Position numbers and translations under genes: made by a program
In this document: positions 53,361 to 63,958 of the stretch, piece by piece
Position numbering within the stretch: the stretch's first letter is position 1
Layout: the number at the start of each line of letters is the position of its first letter
The notes under the pieces: generated by a model
Databases searched by the model: none
What the model was told of the DNA's origin: nothing
Seen by the model: only the letters and a program-made list of their open reading frames with translations
Source of the DNA: Octopus bimaculoides
Lineage: Eukaryota
DNA: 63,958 nucleotides
Direction: 5' to 3'
NCBI RefSeq assembly: GCF_001194135.2
Contig: NC_068981.1
Span: 178,047,168-178,111,125 of the forward strand

Positions 53361-54853
53361 AAAAGTGCATAAATTACATGTGTATACTAGGTGCTTACAT
53401 TAGTTTAACAGAGAATCTATTAGGAAATGACACAGAATTCACCAAATAGTTTGTAATTATGTGATTCCAGATTCAATCCCATAGTGTGAAGTTTTAGGCA
53501 AGTGTCATTTACCACAGGCTCAAGTCAACCCTAACCTTGTAAGGATCTGAAAAGAACCAAAAAGCCTAGTCAGACACTGTCACAAAGGATTCTCCTTGAA
53601 AATTACATTAATAGTATGCATGCCCATGGAACTTAGTCACTTATAGGCTAATCCAGTGAGTGATCTCACTGATCAGTAATTGGAGCACTCAATGTGGAAA
53701 CTGAAAAGAGAGCCATTTATAGTTTAAAATCCTTAATCAGCAAGAGTTCAGAAAAGAACTTTTGATATGAACAGGAAAACACACACACACACGTGCGCGT
53801 GCGCACAACGTGCCAATTCCATTTTATAGTTCAATTATCAGTTATATAATGAAATATAGTCAGAGAACTATAAGCAGTCTTACAACTGTTTCTTTACTTC
53901 TCTCAGCCGTAACATAGATTAAAAATAATTTTATAGAGATTGTTGATATTTTCGTAAACATCAAGGAGAAAGTGAAGAGGGTTAACTTTCTATAACTTTA
54001 AGTGGATGACAGACAAATTTCCCTGAGCTAGAATGTTAAAGTACTACACTTAAAAATTTCGCAAGAAATTCTTTTATGTATTACTGTCCAACAATTGAGA
54101 AGACACAATGATTTGCATGTGTATTCATAATACATTCTGGCAGATTCAAACACAAATATGTGAGTTGCTGGTGTACGTCACAGGAGATAAACTTCACTTT
54201 TCTTTAATGACAATGTGTTCATAACAGAACAACTCATTTTTTAAACTTAGAAGACAAAATCACAAGAATATCTGCAACAGGATTGAACCCTTAATTCAAA
54301 TACAAATCATTCAACACCTTTATCTATTTGGCCATTTCATCACTAAGCAGAAGAAATACCAAGCCTAAAGCATCTGTTCCAAGAAAACAAGCAAATGTCT
54401 AAAGTTGCCAGCTCATCTTAATCTAGCTACTCACAATTGAATGTCTCCCTAATGTAATTTTGGCAATGTTCAGAATGACACTATGTGTACAATATATTGA
54501 ACAGCAGAACACAAAACAGTAATTTATTTCTGATTTGCCAGAGAGATATCATTTTCCCAGCTATTTAGAAGCAATTGATCCAGCCATGTGAAAACATTCC
54601 GTAAATTTAATGATTTCATTCTTAAGTTCTTACAGCCTTTCATATATTAATAAATTTCATAAATATTACTAATAGTGAAAAAGCATTCTCGAAAATTTAT
54701 TTTCTCTAAATTGGATAGTTAGCAAGAATTCTATCATTTGTGCTTCTTTAGTAACTGGACATAACATAATGGCAATCAAACTATTTCAAATTTCTATAAT
54801 CTATAATCTGCAGTTCTTCATTTGGCTATAACCATCAGAAGTAGGTAATACAT

Positions 54854-54908
54854 GCACCAGCATGACCGCAGCCACTTGGCTGAAACACATAAATAAATNN
54901 NNNNNNNN
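54854..54908 (+). mobile_element. Extremely 5'-truncated family-D SINE 3' end with 11-bp TSD
   Basis: gcaccagcatgaccgcagccacttggctgaaacac plus an (AAAT) tail running into a 10-N gap. aggtaatacat at 54843-54853 and 54909-54919. Confidence 0.7.
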
Positions 54909-54919
54909 AGGTAATACAT

Positions 54920-54992
<73 letters not shown>

Positions 54993-56495
54993 ATGTATAT
55001 TTTTTAATTCCTACAAGTTATTCAAGTTTTGGAACAATAACCTCAGCCTTTGATAAATTAATATTGTTCTCTATGTTCACCTTCTCGTACAAAAATTATT
55101 TAAGAAATTATAACAATAAAACACAGATTTAAATTATCTGTATCATACATAGTAAGTCACATGTCTTGTTTTACAAATCAAATTAGGAACATCAAAACAA
55201 AAGAAGGCCTTGTCCTTTACAACCAGTATATATAACAAACCATTTACACTACAATGTTTTAAACTATGCTTATTCTATGCTTATTTTATAACTACTATCA
55301 CAGTAGCCATTTACAGGAAACTTTCCTTGTACATTATTCTAATGTTTCTCTAATCATATAGCCACTTTTACTATATAGACATTCAAAAAGAAAAAGGCCA
55401 TACCCAACCCAGATATCATCCCAAATCCCAGTCTGATCTCTCCAGTGTTTTGATCTGGTTTCTTTCAATTATTTTTCTTTCCTCACATGATTTACACAAG
55501 ATAGAATTTAATAACATGAATTCAACTTTGCTTAGATGCCTCCCAAATCCAAATAGTAACATATACAGAATAATAGAATAACACAATAAAAAGCAATAAA
55601 AACAGAAAATTAAGTATAGATTTTGGCTCAAAGCCAAAAAGGACAAATAATAATTTTAGCAACAAGTTAGTAGTAGAAGATTCTGACAACATTTTACACA
55701 GAAGTAATCAGTAGAATAAAGACACCCCCAGTGACAAACATTATCTGTTATACCCAGTTTTTGTTTTTAATCAGCTAAAAATAGTTTTAAAATCCTTTCT
55801 TAAACAAAAGCTCTTTTATTTATCAAAAGTTAAAGTGATAGTATGAAGTTAACAGTCATGTATGTATGTTACAAGTGCATACCAACAAATGTGTCCATTG
55901 AAATAAGATTACTAACACAATTAAGAGACCAATGTTTACAATACTGCAAATTCTAAAAATTTCAACTAATAAACTACTGTTCACAGAGATCCTCCCAAAT
56001 TACATATTTGATTACAGTTGGGGAAAAAATACTGAGAAATGTCAACAATAAAAATAAGGGTGGGTCATATTATTCATTTTCTGCTAAAGGTGACTTTGGC
56101 AACTCGTTCCTCCTGCTGTAGCAACAAAAGTACCAGTAACAAATGTATATATATAAAAGGAAACAACTGGGGGTTGAGTCTGTTGATCACGTTCATGCCA
56201 AGGCCACATACTAATGTCCCACTTTGCCTATCCAACCAGAACTGAAACTATTCAATAACAACTAACATAGCAGCTATAATGAATAATGAAATACCTGGCT
56301 CAATGCAGTGGTTGAAATAGGAACAGGATATATGTGAAAAATAAATAAATAAATGTCCTAAAAAAATAGAAAGAACAGTATAGCTATTATATACAATATA
56401 ATATACAAAACAGAATTATGCTTTTCCGCATTAAAAAGGCCTGGAAACAGCCAAAAGATAAGAATATGTACCAATGACTAAGTTACTTGAATTGT

Positions 56496-56539
<44 letters not shown>

Positions 56540-57214
56540 TACTAAAAATCATTTCATGATTAGATTCTTAAAATGAATTATACTTCATCCAGAAGAGATA
56601 CTTTGTAAATTTATTAAAATCAGCATAAGTTGTCTTCTAGTTTTCATATAAAGTATTTTGACTTAAGGAAAAACTTGGGATGAGGTATTCAAGTAAAAAA
56701 TTAATAAACTTAGATCCTATGGATAAGAAGGAAAAGACTGCTTTCTGTAACCTCACCCAAGCTATGCCAGGATGGATGCTAAAATGATTATCATTATCTA
56801 GCTTATAAGTCCACATGGTGTGCAGATTTTAAGCTAGCTCCTGTGGAGGGCTAATTAGGCCAGTGGCCCAAAACTGAAGACAGCTAAATAGCACAACTGC
56901 AATATGTCTATAATGACTATATGCCCGGTGGGGTTTGATCATAGGTTAAGGATGGATGAGAATTAATTCTGTAATGCAATTATTCTATTGTTCCAGTCCC
57001 AAATTGAATTCCAACTGTTGGCTAATTTGTCCCAAAGTTCTTATCTTAATGTAAAATTAATGAAGCAAATATCATTTATCTCCCCCTTGATCTCTGCCGT
57101 CATCTGACAAAGACCAACCAAGATGGCATGAAACAGCCATGCTTTACCTGCTAGAAATAGCAACCCAAGTACTTTTAAATCAGATTCCAAAGCTGGATGT
57201 TTAAGAGCCAAATG

Positions 57215-57801
57215 GATAACAACAACAATAAATGCCCTGATGCAGTACCAGACAGTGGCTCTCATGGCTTCTGATCTTAACTGATTGGAAGTGTTATCAT
57301 GTACATGTTTTGTCTTGGTATAAAAGATAGGCTACAACAAATATTCTGCTCAATACCACAGATTTGCTTGTCACTTGTTTGATCTTAACCAGTTGAGCAT
57401 GTACCTTGGTGGTTGACGATACGTGCATCTCTGATCATGAGCAGAAGTAGTGGAGGAGCATCATAGCCATGTGTTCAGAGGAATTCTTTGGTGTTTCAAT
57501 AATTCACCTCTGGAAACATGGGTGTTTCATTCAACATCCTTAAATAACCCTTATTCAGGGACCTTTAGAGCGGGATGGGTTACTCAATGTGAAGAAAATT
57601 CTAAACCCCACCTTCAAGGTCATGCACTGTTTACCTTGATATGAGATCACCATGTTGCGCACATATGATTGTGATGCATGTGCCTGGTGTACCCTTATCA
57701 GACGGGTAGTCATGATGGGTACACTGGGCTTTGTATATTTTACCCCAGTGTCTCTTTGATGGCATGCATTGCTCTCTTACTCAATGATGATGATGATGAT
57801 G
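57215..57801 (+). mobile_element. Probable retroposon 3' region ending in (GAT)n
   Basis: A GC-richer 590-bp block ending in tcaatGATGATGATGATGAT. No second copy in the window. Confidence 0.45.
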
Positions 57802-58689
57802 TATTTAGATTGGTAGAAATGGTAGAAAGTCAGATTAAATGCCAAACAGTATTTAGTTTCACCACTCTACATCTCAGTCCTCTCTAAATTTCAATCTTAC
57901 TGGGATTGATGTGGCCTTTTATTCCTCCAGCTTTGATAAACTGAGCAAGTCTAACAGTTGCTCAATCTACTAGAAAACAAAGAAATGAAATACAAAAACT
58001 AAACAAAGTCCCTGATATACAAAAAGCTGGGATGATCAATGATCATGGCTGAATCCCTTTGATCATAGGTTCGTTCAATTAGGACTGACTGAGGATTAAA
58101 CAACAACAACAACGACCATTAATGTAATTGTTTATATATCTCATCAAGAATCTTATAACCTTGTGCCAATGTAAAAATATATTTTATATCATAACTATAG
58201 ATTTTATCCAAATTTTTGACAGTAACAACTGGTCATTCACCCATGTTTCTCAAAGTGTATACAACATTACTTTATTAATAGTGATGAAGTTAATGCTAAT
58301 TTATTTCATAGCATGTGTGGAGAGATGGGGGGAGAGTGTGTGCATATGTGTACGCATTCACATATACTTCTTATCTACTGAATACAGTTATCTCCAGTGT
58401 TCACTCAGAAGGTATTGTCCATCTGCATTACATGTCCATATCAAATTAGCTACTTCTTTTGCATACAATTTCAGTCTAGCTAATTTCTCACCAAATTTGC
58501 ACTGTCCATTCTATGCTAGATAACATTACTCATCCTAAAAACCATACATAACTAATCACTATCATTGTCTCGACAAATCTCTGTTCAGCATTTTTGCAGT
58601 ATCATACTCATAAGAAATATTACATTTTTTTGTTTTTCTTTCAATTCTCTTCTTCTCAGTTGGAAAACAAGACTTAAATAATACGACAC

Positions 58690-59230
58690 CATGCAGACCA
58701 GTCCTCAGCAACTTTCTACACTTTGTTCCATGTAAGATGTATTTCTCTCAACTCATCTTCAACTATTCCACACTTAGTGTTTTTCGATTGTCCAGGCTTT
58801 CATTTTTCAGATGGTCTCTATCTTAATATTGCTTATCAAGCTGTCCTGTCCATTGTGAGTGACTAGCCTAACTACCTGAGCCACCAGTCTTTTATTTCAA
58901 AGATTATATTACTTGTAACAGTTTGGAGATACAGCTCTTCATTTGAGACTAGCTAGACTAGAGGAAGCAGGAAATTTTCATAAAGCACCAAATGGGGAAA
59001 GCTTTTAAATCATTCATATTTCCCTTTACCATTTACCAGTATTCTGAGCAATACACCGGGACAGATTTTACATCATTGCTATTACAGAGTCCAACCTTAG
59101 TCCAAACTAAAGATCTGCTAGTGATAGTTAAGCTTAGTCCTAAGGTTGTATTGTCTTCACTGTCATTTCACTGACATCTGGTGTATGTTCATAAGCTTTG
59201 GTAAGCCTTGCTTGGATATGTTCTTTTTAC
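58690..59230 (-). mobile_element. Decayed RTE LINE 3' fragment
   Basis: NDVKSVPVYCSEYW*...LKAF...VSNEELY...EIKDWW...VEDELREIHLTWNKV*KVAEDWSAW. Confidence 0.8.
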
Positions 59231-59249
59231 TATGCTGACTTTGCTGACC

Positions 59250-59960
59250 AAGCTTCTTAAATATGTAAAGTCTTCCATATAATTTAGTGCAGAATACAGT
59301 TTGCTTTTAATATGTAGGAAATTTGTTATAATTATCAACAGAGATAACTGCTCTCTGAACAGCTTCCATTTCCTTCTTGGCTACTATACTACACTGTCAT
59401 AACAATCACCTCCAATACTAATTATGTCTTTTAGGTAATGAAAAGTATCTACTACTGCCAGCAAACTATGTGAGAATCTAAAGTAATGTTTCCCTGTCAA
59501 AAGGCCAGAGATCCCGGTGAACTTTGCACGGAGTACACAATATTAAGTTTCTATCAACATATTTTACAAAGTCACTCCCTGGACTCTGCTGGAATTTTGT
59601 GTTCTCTATTACAACTACTACTTCAGTCTTTTATCATGTTGACCTTTATGCCATTGACTTCAGATTTTTGTTCTAAGCCTGAAATGTTTACAGCAGCTAC
59701 TCAATAGACCCTGCAATGAGAACTAAGTCATCAGAATAAAAAGTTACTTGTACACAGAACTTTTCACTGAAATCATTATGAATCCTAACCTCCTTCATGG
59801 CCCAAAGTGCTCTCACAAGCCATTCAACAACTTTCTCAGTGCTCACTAAACTATAGAATGTGGAACACTGTCAAAAGTCTTCTCTTAGTAGACATGTAAA
59901 GTACTTTATTCTTAGCTAGGAACTTCTCATGCAGTTGGACCATTAGGAATATGGACCTGT
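59250..59960 (-). mobile_element. Second decayed RTE LINE fragment (RT palm to thumb)
   Basis: FDSVPH, FYSDDLVLIA, KTEVVVV, ILCTPCK and VDTFHYLKDII...WKLFRE...KSKLYS. Confidence 0.75.
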
Positions 59961-61730
59961 GGCTTCATTCCTGTTCCAAACCCAAACTGAAGTTTATCCA
60001 ACCTAACAGCATTGTATTAACCTCACTATAAGCCATCCAACCACTGTTACAATTAAATTCCGTCAGTTTGAAGCTTCTGTAACTTGCCCTCTCAAGTGCA
60101 CCGCTGGGATTAAAATCTCTCAACACAACCTAATTCAGCATATAAGTGGTGTACTATCAAAGGTTCTAATGCTTTCAATATTTCAACAACTATCACTAGT
60201 AGATTTTTAGTTGCTCTATTTTGTGTTCCTTAAGTACCAGCTCCTCTAAGTAAAATGTAAGGGTAACTAACTAAAATGTGAGGGTAAGTTTTCCACTAAC
60301 CTATTTATATGTTGATTTAACAACTCTTATAGTGATAACCCTGTGACTCTCTCTGTTCACTATCTCAGTAGAGAATGCATTCCTGTATCATTTTGAACAC
60401 AGTTCTTCTCAATGACATCTTGATTGATATGAATTAACTTTGTGTGTACTATATGCCTCTCATTCTCATAGTGAAAAACGTAAGCACACCAATGACTTGT
60501 CTTCGACCTAGTTACACAAACCAACCATTTTGTTTCCTGACTAAGCTCCTGATATTGTTATTTCCTGTTAATGCTATTTGTCCAATCATTTCTGAGTTTT
60601 AATCTTTCACAGCCTTGTCTGTTCCCTGCACAGAACAACTTCTGTTCTTGTGATTCAGAGTAGTTTACAAACAATAACAGGAGAAAGAAAAATAAGAAAA
60701 AAAACAATGAAGAGTTGTACAAAGTCAATATATATTTCCATGATGTTATACTCTTGTGAGGAATCTGATTGATGCACTTCTCCATATCTCTCTCTTACAC
60801 ATAATACACTGCTTTAACATTTTTAACCAACTTAACACACATTTTATTGTACAGAAACTGTCAAAACTAGACAAAAATTTGACAACCTGAAAAGATGAAA
60901 GTTGTGTTGCTAGACGCAGGTCAGCTCTGATTGAGCAGACCTATGATAGAGACATTCTGGCAATGACTATCCCATCTTTTATTAAAATATTAAAAAATGT
61001 AGCTAAGGTTACATTATCTAATGTAACCCTCTTTTTGGGAGGTGGTAACATGTAACATGATGATTTAGCAGCTAAATTTCGTAGCTAGACCAACTATTTA
61101 CAAGTTACTCATATTGGTTCATCACAAAAGCCAAAATGTAGTGGAGGTTACTCATATCAGCTTAGTACAGATGTGTGCAATACTTGTAGCCTTATTAACC
61201 AAGTCAGTAGTACAATAAAATTCAGTGCAGTGCAGTTCCTGCCGTCAAGCATCAGCAGAGTGCACTTCATGTGTCTGTACTAGTTTTGGCATTAGCAAAT
61301 TGTGTATTGTGGAACCAAAAGTTCTCTCTATTACATACTACTTCAATATAGCTTATTTTAAAATATTCATTATTTCATTATAGCTTCTCTCCTACACAGG
61401 TTATCTCAGTGGTGTAAGGAATTTTGATTCTTCTACATGGTTAGTAAAGGAGAAAGGCAGCCAAATGGATATGATATTACACTCCCTACTCATGGGTTAT
61501 AGCTTCAAATCTACTGTTGGCATTTCATTTTGTTTCAGGAAAGAACACTGCATTCTACATTGCTTCAGTTCACCTAGCTGTTGTGAATAGGTATCTAGTT
61601 ATCTAGGAGTGTTACCTACAGTAAACAGAAATCTAATCCAGGAGGTGAAATTTCTCATCCACACTATGCTGTTCAATCAGAACTAAACACAAGTTTTTAA
61701 GGCATCTCTTGAGGCCAAGGAGACATTTAT

Positions 61731-62131
61731 CTCTTTTACTCTTTTACTTGTTTACATGTTTCAGTCATTTGACTGTGGCCATGCTGGAGCACTGCTTTTA
61801 GTCGAGCAAGTCGACCCCGGGACTTATTCTTTGTAAGCCTAGTACTTATTCTATCGGTCTCTTTTTGCTGAACTGCTAAGTGACGGAGACATAAACACAC
61901 CAGCATCGGTTGTCAAGCAATACTAGGGGGACAAACACAGACACACAAACACACACACACACATATATACATATATAAGACGGGCTTCTTTCAGTTTCTG
62001 TCTACCAAATCCACTCACAAGGCTTTGGTCGGCTCGAGGCTATAGTAGAAGACATTTGCCCGAGATGCCACGCAGTGGGACTGAACCCGGAACCATGTGG
62101 TTGGTAAGCAAGCTACTTACCACACCGCCAC
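61731..62131 (-). mobile_element. Near full-length family-D SINE (tRNA head, CORE-like segment, internal CA/TA microsatellite)
   Basis: Minus-strand head gtggcggtgtggtaagtagcttgc...ggttcagtccc, followed by a ttgggcaagtgtc-type CORE-like motif. Homologous to 32575-33066. Confidence 0.85.
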
Positions 62132-63958
62132 TAAACAACATCAAGTGTAGCTTGTTATTAGAGTAAATGCACCAGTCACGTTTCAGAACCAACCGATTAA
62201 AATTTTTACATAAGATTTTACATGAGTAAAGAGAAAGTTTCCTTTTGCACTATAATAGCTTGGCTTTGCTGCAAGATGAGTCATGTTGGACAAGTTAGGT
62301 TACTTTTTGTGAGCATAAATATCAACATGAACCAGATCACTGAGTGGTAATGTAATCAGTATTGCAGCACCAAGTCAAGATAGGCAAATGTGAATTGGAA
62401 AAATATTTCACATCGTCACAATAAAGGATTTTAATAAAAATAAAACTTAGTAAATATCCATAAATTCAACAAATTATAATGAGGGAAAAAAAGGAAATGA
62501 GATGTCTAAATCAATAAATAGAAAACCTTCTAAGTATAATTTTTTTTAATATCAATATTATCGACCCTTTATCATAATACCAATGATATAATTTTATATA
62601 ACTTTTGTATTTAAAGATCTAAAATATTTAATATTTTAATATTTTTATTATTCAAAGATATTACCTTTGGATTTAAACAACATCAAGTACAGCTTGTTCT
62701 TAGAGTAAATGCACCAGTCACGTCTCATAACCAACTGATTAATCTATTGCTTTACTAGTGCAGAATAGTAAATTGCTTCCTCACCGACCCNNNNNNNNNN
62801 NNNNNNNNNNNNNNNNNNNNNNNNNNNNNNNNNNNNNNNNNNNNNNNNNNNNNNNNNNNNNNNNNNNNNNNNNNNNNNNNNNNNNNNNNNNNNNNNNNNN
62901 NNNNNNNNNNNNNNNNNNNNNNNNNNNNNNNNNNNNNNNNNNNNNNNNNNNNNNNNNNNNNNNNNNNNNNNNNNNNNNNNNNNNNNNNNNNNNNNNNNNN
63001 NNNNNNNNNNNNNNNNNNNNNNNNNNNNNNNNNNNNNNNNNNNNNNNNNNNNNNNNNNNNNNNNNNNNNNNNNNNNNNNNNNNNNNNNNNNNNNNNNNNN
63101 NNNNNNNNNNNNNNNNNNNNNNNNNNNNNNNNNNNNNNNNNNNNNNNNNNNNNNNNNNNNNNNNNNNNNNNNNNNNNNNNNNNNNNNNNNNNNNNNNNNN
63201 NNNNNNNNNNNNNNNNNNNNNNNNNNNNNNNNNNNNNNNNNNNNNNNNNNNNNNNNNNNNNNNNNNNNNNNNNNNNNNNNNNNNNNNNNNNNNNNNNNNN
63301 NNNNNNNNNNNNNNNNNNNNNNNNNNNNNNNNNNNNNNNNNNNNNNNNNNNNNNNNNNNNNNNNNNNNNNNNNNNNNNNNNNNNNNNNNNNNNNNNNNNN
63401 NNNNNNNNNNNNNNNNNNNNNNNNNNNNNNNNNNNNNNNNNNNNNNNNNNNNNNNNNNNNNNNNNNNNNNNCTCTCTCTCTCTCTCTCTCACTCACTCAC
63501 TCACTCACTCACTCACACACACACAAAGAAGCACATTAGTATTACAAAAAATAGATATAATTTTAGTATATCTTCACTATTATGCAGAAAAAGTCAATAA
63601 CTGCCAAGTAAAAATAAAAGTTAATATCGTATGAAGTAGTAGTAATTTGAAAGGCATATGTAAAAAGAACTAAGCCTGAACAGTCAATGTCGATCAGCTA
63701 TGCAGACAGAAGCCATGCTACATATGGACACTTGCCAAAAACCCAGAGAAATATTTTAAAGGAAGAGTGTGGGGAACGTTGCTAGCAAGAACATGGAAAA
63801 TAAAGAAATAGTAACACTAAAAAGAGAGATTAGGAAATGTAAATGTAAAACTAATGAAATAATCTAAAGAGGTAAAAATGGAAGACGGTATGGCAAATGG
63901 CAAATTTTAGAACTTTTTCCTCTGCCTCAATTAAATGTGTGTGTGTGTGTGTGTGTGT

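Overview
AT-rich, microsatellite- and SINE-dense animal genomic DNA with 11 N-gaps. The repeat families and SSR load suggest a coleoid cephalopod, probably Octopus (inference, not tested). Almost the whole window is intronic or 5' sequence of one minus-strand gene, a ZMIZ1 ortholog. Two coding exons were found by hand: 50885-50947 (MMNEMERHIAQNNDRLQCIKQ, absent from the ORF track) and 16814-16927 ([38 protein letters not shown]). They are joined by a 33,957-bp phase-0 GT-AG intron. The next exon was not found and probably lies left of the window. The introns contain several tRNA-headed SINE families, decayed RTE and CR1-type LINE fragments, two clear decayed Penelope-like (GIY-YIG) fragments, one hAT MITE and four piggyBac-like TTAA MITEs. 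The most notable signal is a palindromic non-autonomous element family with 3 copies (18.1-18.8, 26.1-26.4 and 44.1-44.3 kb). It has divergent tRNA-like Pol III heads at its centre, a minimal type-I hammerhead ribozyme motif in each arm, reproducibly asymmetric ends and 13-15 bp target-site duplications. It looks like a SINE/retrozyme hybrid that may be mobilised by Penelope-like elements. Whether it is already catalogued cannot be determined without a database search. Nearly all other ORFs in the supplied track are artefacts of N-gaps, SSRs or repeats.
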